Part shown: one piece after another, positions 1 through 8,882 of the stretch | How the letters are laid out: every line of letters begins with the position of its first letter | Position numbering within the stretch: position 1 is the first letter of the stretch | Assembly: GCA_965227515.1 (NCBI GenBank) | Contig: CBDDFZ010000001.1 | Location: 416,001-480,000 of the forward strand | Origin: Alphaproteobacteria bacterium | Lineage (GTDB): Bacteria; Pseudomonadota; Alphaproteobacteria; CALKHQ01 | DNA: 64,000 nt | Direction of reading: 5' to 3' | Made by a program: the position numbers and the translations under genes | Notes under the pieces: model-generated | Database searches by the model: none | Seen by the model: only the letters and a program-made list of their open reading frames with translations | Told to the model about the DNA's origin: nothing

Positions 1-1
1 G

Positions 2-736
2 ATGAACAAGACCCTGGCCGAGGCGGAGGCCTATGCCGACGCCTTGCGCCAGGCGTTTGCCGCCGCGCCGCCAACCGTGAACGTGTTCGTCGTGCCGCCG
101 TTCACGGTACTGCGCCAGGTCAAGCAGCGGCTGGCCGGCGCGCCGGTACTGGTCGGCGCCCAGAACATGCACTGGGACGATACAGGCGCCTGGACAGGCG
201 AGATCTCGGCGCCGATGCTGACCGACTGCGGCGCCGATCTGGTCGAACTGGGCCATTCCGAGCGGCGCACCCATTTCAACGAGACCGACGCAGCGGTCGG
301 CGGCAAGGTCGCCGCCGCGCGCCGCCACGGGCTGATCGCCCTGGTCTGCATCGGCGAGACGCGCGACGAGCGCGAGGCCGGCGCGGCCGACGAGGTGCTC
401 GCGCGCCAGACCCGAGCGGCGCTGGCCCATGTGCCGGGCGCGAACCCGGCCGAGGTGGTCTTCGCCTACGAGCCGGTATGGGCCATCGGCAGCGGCGGCG
501 AACCCGCCACCCCCGACTACGCCGAAGCGCGCCACCGCGCCATCAAGGCGGCCGCCGCCGAGACCATGGCGGCGACACCGCAGGTGCTCTATGGCGGCAG
601 CGTCAACGCGGACAATTGCGCCGGCTTCGCTGCCCAACCGTCCATCGACGGGCTGTTCATCGGCCGCGCGGCATGGGATGTTGCCGGCCTCATCGACATT
701 ATCGGCCGGGCCACCGCGGCGCGCGCCGCCGCATGA
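2..736 (+). CDS. Triosephosphate isomerase-like protein, TpiB/EryH (L-erythrulose-1-phosphate isomerase) type; probably 5' truncated at the window edge
   Basis: TIM motifs: (K)MNK, GAQNMH, GAWTGEIS, ELGHSERR, AYEPVWAIG, LYGGSV. The C-terminal GLFIGRAAW replaces GxLVGGAS, as in the tetritol-pathway paralogs. Confidence 0.85.
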   Translation: MNKTLAEAEAYADALRQAFAAAPPTVNVFVVPPFTVLRQVKQRLAGAPVLVGAQNMHWDDTGAWTGEISAPMLTDCGADLVELGHSERRTHFNETDAAVGGKVAAARRHGLIALVCIGETRDEREAGAADEVLARQTRAALAHVPGANPAEVVFAYEPVWAIGSGGEPATPDYAEARHRAIKAAAAETMAATPQVLYGGSVNADNCAGFAAQPSIDGLFIGRAAWDVAGLIDIIGRATAARAAA

Positions 737-833
737 CCGAACGCCAGGGGATCAGGTTCGCCGTCATGACCAAGCAGAGCAACATCGACGCCGGCTGCAA
801 TCGAATTCCGGCGGGCGGCTGACTGGCGCAGCC

Positions 834-1418
834 ATGCAGGACCGGGGGGCAAATGGCGCCGGCACGCCGCCGGCGGGCGCATTTCAAGTGCGGAATGCCG
901 AGATTGCCGACATGGCGGCGGTGCGCGAGATCTATCGCCAGGAGGTCGAGAAGGGCCTGGCGACGTTCGAGGAATCGACCCCCAGCGTGGCGGAACTGGA
1001 GCAACGCCGGCAGGCGATCCTGGCCATCGGCCTGCCATACCTGGTCGCGGACGCCGGCGGCACGGTATTGGGCTACAGCTACGCATCGAACTTCCGGCCG
1101 CGGGTGGCCTACCGCGCGACGGTCGAGAACTCGGTCTATGTCGGCCGCGAGGCGCGCCGCCGCGGCGTCGCCCGGGCCTTGCTGACCGAGCTGATCGCGC
1201 GCTGCGAAACGGCCGGCAAGCGGCAGATGATTGCGGTCATCGGCGATTCGGCCAACACCGCGTCCATCGAACTGCATCGCCAGCTCGGGTTCCGCATGGT
1301 GGGCACCCTGGAGTCGGCCGGGCTGAAGTTCGGCCGCTGGGTCGATGTCGTGATCATGCAGCGCGCGCTGGATCGCAGCACCGAACCGCCGACCCGCTAC
1401 ATTCCCAGCACGCCATGA
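834..1418 (+). CDS. GNAT N-acetyltransferase (phosphinothricin/methionine sulfoximine acetyltransferase, MddA/YncA-like)
   Basis: ATFEE, ENSVYV, acetyl-CoA motif RRRGVARALL, NxASIxLHxxLGF, GLKFGRWVDV. ATG at 834. Confidence 0.9.
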   Translation: MQDRGANGAGTPPAGAFQVRNAEIADMAAVREIYRQEVEKGLATFEESTPSVAELEQRRQAILAIGLPYLVADAGGTVLGYSYASNFRPRVAYRATVENSVYVGREARRRGVARALLTELIARCETAGKRQMIAVIGDSANTASIELHRQLGFRMVGTLESAGLKFGRWVDVVIMQRALDRSTEPPTRYIPSTP

Positions 1419-1573
1419 ACTTTGCGGTCCCGGGATCGGTCCCTGCGCCGTCTCGTCACGCGCTGTGGGGGTGACCGCCGACCGGCGCCGAATTATTCTG
1501 CGCCAGCGCAAGTGGAACAATCAGCATCGTCGCCTTGCCGTGGCGACGACTGCACAATGGACGGAGAACCCCC

Positions 1574-1861
1574 ATGGCCAGCACGACACTGCATGCACCG
1601 CGCGAGCGGCTGAGCAAGGACGCCATTCACCTGCACCACGCCATCGTCTCGCTGATGGAAGAGCTGGAGGCGGTCGACTGGTACCGCCAGCGCGCCGACG
1701 ATTGCGAGGATGAGGCCCTGAAGGCGATCCTGCTGCACAACATGCGCGAGGAGATGGAGCACGCGGCCATGGTGCTGGAGTGGATTCGGCGGAACAACAA
1801 GGACTTCGAGGAGCAACTGAAGGACTTCTTGTTCACCGACAAGGAAATTGCCCACCACTGA
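1574..1861 (+). CDS. Encapsulated ferritin-like protein (EncFtn/Flp family), no C-terminal targeting peptide
   Basis: SLMEELEAVDWYxQR and LHNxxEExEHAAMxLEWIRR...FLFT signature. RBS GGAG before ATG 1574. Confidence 0.9.
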   Translation: MASTTLHAPRERLSKDAIHLHHAIVSLMEELEAVDWYRQRADDCEDEALKAILLHNMREEMEHAAMVLEWIRRNNKDFEEQLKDFLFTDKEIAHH

Positions 1862-1953
1862 GCTTGATCAGGCACCGCCCGATCGCAGCCCAAACATGCA
1901 GACGGCGGGGCACATGGCCCCGCCGTCGCCAACCAACAAGAACTGCCCGGAAA

Positions 1954-2469
1954 TCAGGCGGCGGCTGAGATCGCCGTCCCGTCCCGTTCGACGCCCAGGG
2001 CCGCCCGCAGCCGGGTTCGCGCCCGCGACAGGCGCGAGCGGATCGTGCCCACCGCCACGTCCAGGATGCCGGCGGCCTCCTGGTAGTCGTGGCCCTCCGC
2101 ACCGACCAGAAGCAGAATGCGGCGATCCTGCTCCGACAGGTTCGACATCGCGCGCCACACGTCGTTCATCTCGACATGCGCGGTCTGGCCCGCCGGTGAC
2201 GGAAACAGGTCTTCGCAGGCCGTGGCATCCATGCTGCCGACCCACTTGCTGCGGCGGCGCAATTCGTTGATGTGCGCGTTGCGAAGAATGGTGAACATCC
2301 AGGCGCGCAGGTTCGTGCCCGGCTGGAACTGGTGCAGGCGGCGCAACGCCCGCTCCAGGCTGTGCTGTACCAGATCGTCCGCGCGATCCTCATCTCGGGT
2401 TAGTTTCCGTGCGAACGCGCGAAGTTGCGGGATAAGAGACTCCATCTCGCGAGGCAATTCACTGGACAT
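1954..2469 (-). CDS. ECF sigma factor, EcfG/RpoE (general stress response)-like
   Basis: LIPQLRAFARKLT...ADDLVQ...FQPGTNLRAWMFTILRN; region 4 YQEAAGILDVAVGTIRSRLSRAR. Confidence 0.85.
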   Translation of the reverse strand: MSSELPREMESLIPQLRAFARKLTRDEDRADDLVQHSLERALRRLHQFQPGTNLRAWMFTILRNAHINELRRRSKWVGSMDATACEDLFPSPAGQTAHVEMNDVWRAMSNLSEQDRRILLLVGAEGHDYQEAAGILDVAVGTIRSRLSRARTRLRAALGVERDGTAISAAA

Positions 2470-2771
2470 GTCCCAAACTCCTGCTTGGTAAAACCCCAAT
2501 ATGTTCGGTGCAGACTAGTGCCAGCAAACTAGCGTGCAACGACTTTCGTATGTGGTGGATACTCCTGTGGATGCAAATGTGACGATTGATTTGTTACCTC
2601 TATTTAATACGACTATGTCAATTACTCCACATACGTCAGTGACGTCAGTTACATAATCCAGGCCGCACGTGGCAGCGTGGCTAACTTAGGTGAACGAGCC
2701 CGGGTCCGCCGCGTGCTATAGAACGTGCAATCGGCCCCGATACGGGCCGCGAAACCCAAGCGGAGGCTTGA

Positions 2772-2990
2772 ATGGGCCAGAAACAGGCGCCCAAGCGCAG
2801 CGAGAAGCTGCAGCTGATGTTGGATCAGGAAGAACTGGCCGCGATCGAGGATTGGCGGTTCCGTAACCGCATGCCCAGCCGCGCCGCCGCGATCCGGGAA
2901 CTGCTCCGCCGCGGGCTGAACAGCGGCGACGACGCCGACGACATGGTCGTCAACGGGTCGACCACGGAATACCGCGTCGTGGCCGACTAA
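2772..2990 (+). CDS. Small ribbon-helix-helix (CopG-like) DNA-binding protein
   Basis: RSEKLQLML-DQEELAAIEDWRFRNRMP-SRAAAIRELLRRGL strand-helix-helix pattern. RBS GGAGG. Confidence 0.75.
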   Translation: MGQKQAPKRSEKLQLMLDQEELAAIEDWRFRNRMPSRAAAIRELLRRGLNSGDDADDMVVNGSTTEYRVVAD

Positions 2991-3002
2991 GGCGTGCCTC
3001 GC

Positions 3003-4316
3003 CTACGTTAAATCGGCCCCGTCGGCCCGGCGCGCCGCGACGATCTCCGCGATCTGCGCCGAAGCTTCGTCCAGATCGGTCTTGTCGGCCTCGATCCGTT
3101 GCCGCTCGCGGGCGAAATCCACGGCCCGCTGGCGCATCTTGTCGATGTCATCCAGATACGCCGGCTCGCAATCAGCCGCCAGGTCCCTCAGTGCGCCCAT
3201 CAGCACCTGGGTGACCTCGGCGAACCCGGCCCCGTCGCGCGCAATCGGGCGAAACGCCCGGTGCAGCATGCTGGCGAAGTTGGGCTTCGGCATGGTGACC
3301 CGCCCCTCCGCCCGGCTGGACGCCGGATAGCGGTCCGGCGGCACCTTCGCGGCGCAGTGCAGCAACGCACTCAGATAGCCAACCGTGGTAATCGCGGTCT
3401 GCGGGTCGTTGATGCCGGGCGACAGCGCGCGCACCGCCACCTCCGACAGCAGCTCGAACCCCAGCATCGGGTCGGCCTCGTGGCTGCGCTCGAACCCCAC
3501 CACCACCGTATCGCGCAGGCAGGCGACCAGCCGCTCGTCGCTCTCGTCCAGGCCCTGGACCCGCAACAGAGGGCGGTGCTGGTGCACGAAGCTGCCCTCC
3601 TTGATCTCAAGCCGGATGCGCAGGTCGTGCTCGGCCGCCAGGTCATCGAGGGCGGCAAAATCGATCAGCTGCACATAGCCCGTCTCCGGCTTCGCGATGG
3701 CGCTCGAACCGGCGGTGTCAAACGGCAGCGGGACCGGCTGATCGGCCTGTGTCGGCGAAGCCAGGAACGCCTCCAGCACCGTCTCCGCCTGCCGGTGCAC
3801 GCGCGCCACGACCCGGGTCAGCTTCAGGGCGTTGGCGACGTGGTCGATCCACTTGATGAAATAGCGGATCACCGCGGCCACCAGCGCCAGCGTGATGACA
3901 AAGGTGATCGACAGCCCGGCCTCGGCAATGTCGTTCAGCCCCATCAGCAGCAAGGCGGTGAGGGAGAACACGAACGTGGCCAGGAAGGTCGAGAACGCGT
4001 TCTGCGTCACCCGGTCGGCCAGCAGTTCCGGCACCGTGCGCGGGCTGGCCTGGCCGGAGCTTTGGCTCAGCACCAGCATCAGCACCGACAGGGTGACGGT
4101 GGTGACCGTCAGCATGGCGCCGGCCAGCAGGCGCAGCAGCTCGGCGACCGTCGCGCGGTCGAGCTCCGGAATCCACGGCAAGGCGCCGCGCGGCACGTAG
4201 TTGTCCACGAACGCCACCGCGACCGCGACGATCACCGCCAGAAGGCACGTGGCGGTCGGCCGGAACCATAGCGCGGAACGTATGCCTTGCAGCTTCTTGC
4301 GCAACGCCGAGAACAT
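3003..4316 (-). CDS. DUF2254 family membrane protein
   Basis: N-terminal TM helices, SGQASPR, FLATFVFSL, GYVQxID, ALSPGINDPxTA. Confidence 0.85.
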   Translation of the reverse strand: MFSALRKKLQGIRSALWFRPTATCLLAVIVAVAVAFVDNYVPRGALPWIPELDRATVAELLRLLAGAMLTVTTVTLSVLMLVLSQSSGQASPRTVPELLADRVTQNAFSTFLATFVFSLTALLLMGLNDIAEAGLSITFVITLALVAAVIRYFIKWIDHVANALKLTRVVARVHRQAETVLEAFLASPTQADQPVPLPFDTAGSSAIAKPETGYVQLIDFAALDDLAAEHDLRIRLEIKEGSFVHQHRPLLRVQGLDESDERLVACLRDTVVVGFERSHEADPMLGFELLSEVAVRALSPGINDPQTAITTVGYLSALLHCAAKVPPDRYPASSRAEGRVTMPKPNFASMLHRAFRPIARDGAGFAEVTQVLMGALRDLAADCEPAYLDDIDKMRQRAVDFARERQRIEADKTDLDEASAQIAEIVAARRADGADLT

Positions 4317-4383
4317 GAGCACCCGATCCGAGTAGTCGATGACCTTGCCGGCAGCATGCCGCATGACCGGCGCCGTGGCACCC

Positions 4384-4431
4384 CCCCCAGGACGTCTCCC
4401 CCAGGACGCCTCCCCCAGGACGCCTCCCCAG
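4384..4431. repeat. Tandem repeat, 14-bp unit CCCCCAGGACGYCT x3 plus a partial copy
   Basis: Units at 4384, 4398 and 4412, partial unit 4426-4431. No spacers. Confidence 0.9.
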
Positions 4432-4495
4432 CATCCAACCCGACAACAGCGCGGCGCGGATAAGGTTGCCGCTGGAGCCTTATCCGCTCAGGCGC

Positions 4496-4521
4496 GGAAC
4501 CCGATCCACCCCCGAAGCGTT
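4496..4521 (+). promoter_or_regulatory. EcfG-type promoter (GGAAC-N17-CGTT) upstream of csbD
   Basis: GGAAC at 4496-4500 and CGTT at 4518-4521, about 90 bp upstream of the CsbD ATG. Confidence 0.75.
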
Positions 4522-4611
4522 GAGCAGACAATCGCGACCGCATGGCTTCGACCGGCGGCGCGGGTTCCGCTTCAAGGCGCCAGCAGCGCCGATATCCAAG
4601 AGGAGAGAGAC

Positions 4612-4803
4612 ATGAATTCCGAACAACTGAAGGGCAACTGGAACATCCTGAAGGGCAAGGTCCGCCAGAAATGGGGCGACCTGACCGACGACGATCTCGA
4701 CCAGATCGAGGGCCGGCAGGAGGAATTGATCGGCCGGATCCAGAAGGCCTATGGCATTTCCAAGGAGGAAGCGAAGCGTCAGGTCGACGACTGGGCCGCG
4801 TAG
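4612..4803 (+). CDS. csbD: CsbD family general stress protein
   Basis: KGNWNILKGKVRQKWGDLTDDDLDQIEG...LIGRIQxxYG. RBS GAGGAG. Confidence 0.92.
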   Translation: MNSEQLKGNWNILKGKVRQKWGDLTDDDLDQIEGRQEELIGRIQKAYGISKEEAKRQVDDWAA

Positions 4804-4940
4804 CCGGTCAGGTCGCGCATGCCGGCGGGCTGCCAAGGCAGGCAGAGTGACCAGGTAGTGACGGACCGGCGTCGGCGCGTATCGGCGCCGGTCCAGCCTG
4901 CCCCGCATCCGAACCAAGACGCCAAGAAAGGATCGAAGCC

Positions 4941-5117
4941 ATGTTGATGTGGGCACTGGGATTTCTGGTTCTGGCGGTCGTGGCCGCCGTGTTCGGCTTC
5001 GGCGGCGTCGCGGAAGCCGCTGTCGATATCGCGCAGATCCTGTTTTTCGTCTTCCTCGTCCTGCTCGTGATCTCGCTCGTGCTGCACTTCACGCGCGGCG
5101 GGCGCCGACGCATATAG
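4941..5117 (+). CDS. DUF1328 (UPF0391) small membrane protein, 58 aa (absent from the ORF track)
   Basis: Translation [66 protein letters not shown]. Confidence 0.88.
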   Translation: MLMWALGFLVLAVVAAVFGFGGVAEAAVDIAQILFFVFLVLLVISLVLHFTRGGRRRI

Positions 5118-5217
5118 CCGGGCAGCCGCACCGCCGAAGGATCACCCGCCAAAACGCGTTCCGCCGTTGTTATAATTGCTCTAAGTTGGGGCGGAGGCAG
5201 GGTCCCGGCGGCAAGAT

Positions 5218-5988
5218 ATGGCAACAGACGCGTTCCTGGAGGACATCAAACAGGTGACAGTCCACCTGATCAGGAAGCTTGCGCCGGTCTTCAGGTTCGA
5301 CGACGAGCTTGAAACGGCGATCAGGCTGTTGTCGCACAACGAGGTCGTCTTCGGACGGCATGACGAGATCATCGCCGAGGGCGATCCGTACGAGTACGTC
5401 TACCTGCTGCATAGCGGCTGGGTGGTCCGCTCCAAGATCCTGGAAACCGGGCAGCGGCAGATCGTCAACTTCGCGCTGCCGGGCGATTTCCTGTGCTTCA
5501 ACGCCGCCTTCTTCCTGAACGCGGACTACCATTTGACCGCGCAGACCGAGGTGCATGCCGCGGTCATCCCGATCCACGGGTTCTCGGACATGCTGGCAAC
5601 CCATTCGCGGCTGTCGCTGATCCTGTCATGGACCAACGCGCGCGAGGAATCCCTGCTGTCGGAGCGGCTGGTGTCACTCGGCCGGCGCAGTGCCAAGGAG
5701 CGCATGGCCCACTTGTTCTGCGAGCTGTGGCGCCGGTTGGAACTGCTGGATCTGACCGACGGCAACCGGTTTCCGTTGCCGATCACCCAGGAGGACCTGG
5801 GCGACACGCTGGGCCTGAGCGCCGTTCACGTCAACCGCACGCTGCGCAAGCTGCGCGACGAGCAACTGATCGCGCCGACCCCGCACCACATCCGCATACT
5901 GGACAAAGCGGGGCTGGAGCGCGCCGCCGGCTTCGATGAAGGCTACCTGCACTTCTCGGAGATGCACCAGGTGGCCTGGAACGATTAG
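5218..5988 (+). CDS. Crp/Fnr family transcriptional regulator
   Basis: cNMP-binding beta-roll (GQRQIVNFALPGD), ERMAHLFCEL, HTH TQEDLGDTLGLSAVHVNRTL. No FNR Cys cluster. Confidence 0.9.
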   Translation: MATDAFLEDIKQVTVHLIRKLAPVFRFDDELETAIRLLSHNEVVFGRHDEIIAEGDPYEYVYLLHSGWVVRSKILETGQRQIVNFALPGDFLCFNAAFFLNADYHLTAQTEVHAAVIPIHGFSDMLATHSRLSLILSWTNAREESLLSERLVSLGRRSAKERMAHLFCELWRRLELLDLTDGNRFPLPITQEDLGDTLGLSAVHVNRTLRKLRDEQLIAPTPHHIRILDKAGLERAAGFDEGYLHFSEMHQVAWND

Positions 5989-6002
5989 AGCACGATCATT
6001 CC

Positions 6003-6137
6003 AGTCGGCACCGGCCCTCTCCCATTTCCATGCGGTCGCGCATCCGCGCTCCCTTTTGGCACCCGGCCACCCCGCAGGATACTCTCGAGGGTGGCCGGGT
6101 GGGGAGAGGGCTGGTGCAGATTCAGCGCAAGCTGATC
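6003..6137. repeat. Palindromic MITE-like repeat, copy 1 (about 35 bp extra in the left arm)
   Basis: AGTCGGCACCGGCCCTCTCCC...ACCCGGCCACCC-GCAGGATACTCTCG-GGGTGGCCGGGTGGGGAGAGGGCTGGTGCAGATTCAGCGCAAGCTGATC. Homologous to copies at 19321, 33274 and 38349. Confidence 0.8.
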
Positions 6138-6164
6138 GTATCGTTCGCCACCACCCCAACCGGG

Positions 6165-6305
6165 TCAGGTGGATTCGTCACCGTCCACGGCGTCCACGGT
6201 CTCTTCGACGTCATCGCCAACGCCGCGGATCGTGTTCTCACACGCAGCGGCGCCCAAGAGCAACGAGCAGGCGAGCAGCGCGAAAATCGGGCGCAGATAG
6301 GTCAT
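6165..6305 (-). CDS. Entericidin A/B-like small lipoprotein (46 aa)
   Basis: MTYLRPIFALLACSLLLGAAAC-ENTIRGVGDDVEETVDAVDGDEST: lipobox AAAC followed by NTxxGxGxDV. Confidence 0.8.
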   Translation of the reverse strand: MTYLRPIFALLACSLLLGAAACENTIRGVGDDVEETVDAVDGDEST

Positions 6306-6369
6306 GGTTCTTCCTCTCTCGTGCCGCCGACAAAGCGACAGGTTGGTGGAAGAGCGCCGGAATGGCGCG

Positions 6370-6504
6370 TCAGATGCTGTCGTCCACGGCATCCACCGTT
6401 TCTTCCACGTCGTCACCGATCCCGCGGATGGTGTTGTCGCAAGCAGCAGCACCCAGCAGCAAAGCGCAGGCAAGAAGCGCAAGGAACGGACGCAACAGGG
6501 ACAT
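6370..6504 (-). CDS. Entericidin A/B-like small lipoprotein (44 aa; absent from the ORF track)
   Basis: MSLLRPFLALLACALLLGAAAC-DNTIRGIGDDVEETVDAVDDSI. RBS AAGGAG. Near-duplicate of the downstream gene. Confidence 0.8.
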   Translation of the reverse strand: MSLLRPFLALLACALLLGAAACDNTIRGIGDDVEETVDAVDDSI

Positions 6505-6607
6505 GACAGTCTCCTTTCACCGGTTGGTGCCGAGGCCGGCACCCTGGGGGTCATCGCGCGACCGCTTACAACCCGCCTGCCCGCGGACACGGCGGTTCAG
6601 CGGTGTA

Positions 6608-6632
6608 AACGCCACAAACTACAATAGGTTCC
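6608..6632 (-). promoter_or_regulatory. EcfG-type promoter (GGAAC-N16-CGTT) upstream of the entericidin-like pair
   Basis: Minus strand reads GGAAC ctattgtagtttgtgg CGTT, an exact consensus match. Confidence 0.8.
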
Positions 6633-6678
6633 GGCGCCCGTCGAACGATGCCGGTCGGATGGGAGGGGGCATTGCGCC

Positions 6679-7812
6679 TCAGCCTTCGGAGGGCTTGATG
6701 CGCGCGTCCAGGCGCTCGCCCGAGTCCGCATCGAACAGGAAGCTCAGGTTCGGATCGATCCGCACATCGACATCACTGTCGAAGCCGACCTCGAATTCCT
6801 TCGGCATCTTCACGGCCACCGTGTCCTCGCCCACGCTCACCGTGACCAGCGTGACATCGCCGGTCAATTCCGCCGCATAGACCCGGGCGCCGAACGTGCC
6901 GTCGCCCTGGCCGACGATCTCGGAGTCCTCGGGCCGGAACCCGAGCACGGTCTTGCCGGCGTTGTTCGCACCGGCCCCTTCCACCGGCAGGCGCATGCCC
7001 GGCGCCTCGAACACGCCATTGCTCAGCGCGCCATGGACGAAATTCATCGGCGGCGAGCCCATGAACCCGGCCACGAACAGGTTCGCGGGGTTGTTGTAGA
7101 CCTCGCGCGGGGTGCCAAGCTGCTGCAGCACGCCGAAGTTCATGATGGCGACCCGGTGGGCCAGGGTCATCGCCTCGATCTGGTCGTGGGTCACATAGAC
7201 CGTGGTGGTGCCCAGCTCGTGCTGCATGTGCTTCAGCTCGGCCCGCATGAACCCGCGCAGCTTGGCGTCCAGGTTGGACAGCGGCTCGTCCATCAGGAAG
7301 ATCGACGGCCGGCGCACGATGGCCCGGGCCAGCGCCACCCGCTGCCGCTGGCCGCCGGAGAGCTGGCGCGGATAGCGGTCGAGCAGCGTTTCCATGTGGA
7401 CCTGGGCCGCCGCGTCGCGGACCTGGCTGTCGCGCTCGCTGGGCGGCACCCCTCGCACCTTCAGCGGGAAGCCGATGTTCTCTGCCACCGTCTTGTGCGG
7501 ATAAAGGGCATAGGACTGGAACACCATCGCGATGTCGCGGTACTTCGGCAGCACGCTGGTCACTTCGGTATCGCCGATGTGGATGGTGCCCGAATTGGCC
7601 TGTTCCAGGCCCGCCACCATGCGCAGCGCCGTGGTCTTGCCGCAGCCGGACGGCCCCAGCAGCACCAGGAACTCGCCGGGCTCCACCTCGATGTTGAGGT
7701 CCTTGACCACGTGCACCGAACCGAACCACTTGTTCAGGCCGGTGATCGCAAGCCGCTTGGCCTGCTTGCCCTCCTGCTGCGTCGCGGGCGCCATCGTTTC
7801 CACTGCACTCAT
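6679..7812 (-). CDS. Sugar ABC transporter ATP-binding protein (MalK/UgpC-like)
   Basis: GPSGCGKTT, VFQSYALYPH, LSGGQRQR, MDEPLSNLD, YVTHDQ, C-terminal TOBE domain. Confidence 0.95.
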   Translation of the reverse strand: MSAVETMAPATQQEGKQAKRLAITGLNKWFGSVHVVKDLNIEVEPGEFLVLLGPSGCGKTTALRMVAGLEQANSGTIHIGDTEVTSVLPKYRDIAMVFQSYALYPHKTVAENIGFPLKVRGVPPSERDSQVRDAAAQVHMETLLDRYPRQLSGGQRQRVALARAIVRRPSIFLMDEPLSNLDAKLRGFMRAELKHMQHELGTTTVYVTHDQIEAMTLAHRVAIMNFGVLQQLGTPREVYNNPANLFVAGFMGSPPMNFVHGALSNGVFEAPGMRLPVEGAGANNAGKTVLGFRPEDSEIVGQGDGTFGARVYAAELTGDVTLVTVSVGEDTVAVKMPKEFEVGFDSDVDVRIDPNLSFLFDADSGERLDARIKPSEG

Positions 7813-8882
7813 CCTTTAACCGCCCCCAGCAACACACCTTTCGAGATGAAGCGCTGCAAGACCAGCGCCAACAGAACCACCGGAATGATCATCACGATGA
7901 TCACCACCGACATCGACCACCACAGGATGCCGCGCTCGCCCGCATTCATCGCCGCGACCAGGATCGGCATGGTCTGCGCGTCGGACGTCGACAGGAACAG
8001 CGCCAGCAAATACTCGTTCCAGGCCAGGATCAGCACCAGAAGAGTGGTGGCGGCCAGGCCCGGCCGCGACAGCGGCAGCACCACCTCCCAGAACGTGCGA
8101 ATGCGTGACGCGCCATCCAGTTGCGCGCTTTCCTCCAGGTCGATCGGGATCGAGTTGAAGAAATCGTACATCAGCCAGACCACGATCGGCAGGTTGACCA
8201 CGGCGTAGGCCAGGATCAGCGCTAGGTGGGTGTCCAGCAGATGGACCTGCTGGAACATGATGTAGATCGGCACGATCACCACGATCGGCGCCAGAATGCG
8301 CTGCGAGATGATCCAGAACAGGATGTCGCCATTGCTGACCGAGCGCTTGAAATAGCGCCCCAGCGCGCGGGCCAGGAACAGGAACAGCGCCACCGCGACC
8401 GACATGGACAGCAGCCAGTCGAGACCCAGATACCCCATCGCCAGGAAGGCCAGCACCATCGACAGCACGAACAGCATGATGACGCCGAACTTCGGCTTGT
8501 ACTGGATGCGCGCCAACGCGTAAGCGGCCATCGAGCCCACGATCATGGCCAGCACCGTCGACAGCGGCGCGATGATCAGCGAGTTGAGGTAGGCCGCGAT
8601 GGTGTCTTCCCAGTCGAAGACGAACAGCTCCTCCCAGGCGTGCAGGCTGGGCTGGAAGTCGATGAAGGGGATGTAGTACGGCCCGTCGTTCACCGTGATC
8701 GGTTCCTTGAACGACGTGATGAACACCCAATAGATCGGGAACAGGACGAAGATCGTCCACGCGATCAGCAGCGAATAGACGACGATCTTGGAGCCGACCG
8801 CGGACTGGCCGATACCGGGCGGCTCGAACAGCCGCTTGTACAGGCTGCGGTGCTGGCCGGCCTGGATGTCCTGCGCACTCAT
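7809..8882 (-). CDS. Sugar ABC transporter permease (MalG-like)
   Basis: EAA loop IPIDLEESAQLDGAS, WNEYLLA, multiple TM helices. ATGA overlap with the upstream gene. Confidence 0.92.
   Translation of the reverse strand: MSAQDIQAGQHRSLYKRLFEPPGIGQSAVGSKIVVYSLLIAWTIFVLFPIYWVFITSFKEPITVNDGPYYIPFIDFQPSLHAWEELFVFDWEDTIAAYLNSLIIAPLSTVLAMIVGSMAAYALARIQYKPKFGVIMLFVLSMVLAFLAMGYLGLDWLLSMSVAVALFLFLARALGRYFKRSVSNGDILFWIISQRILAPIVVIVPIYIMFQQVHLLDTHLALILAYAVVNLPIVVWLMYDFFNSIPIDLEESAQLDGASRIRTFWEVVLPLSRPGLAATTLLVLILAWNEYLLALFLSTSDAQTMPILVAAMNAGERGILWWSMSVVIIVMIIPVVLLALVLQRFISKGVLLGAVKG

Noticed and set aside
733-822. 29-codon ORF overlapping the isomerase stop (ATGA), a possible rpiB/eryI remnant
   Set aside because: No RpiB motifs are visible and it is too short to support.
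2586-2599. TTGAT as an FNR/FixK box
   Set aside because: The ATCAA half-site is absent at the required spacing.
4384-4431. Short repeats here and at 16078-16131 as a CRISPR array
   Set aside because: The units are directly adjacent with no unique spacers, are too short, and there are no cas genes.
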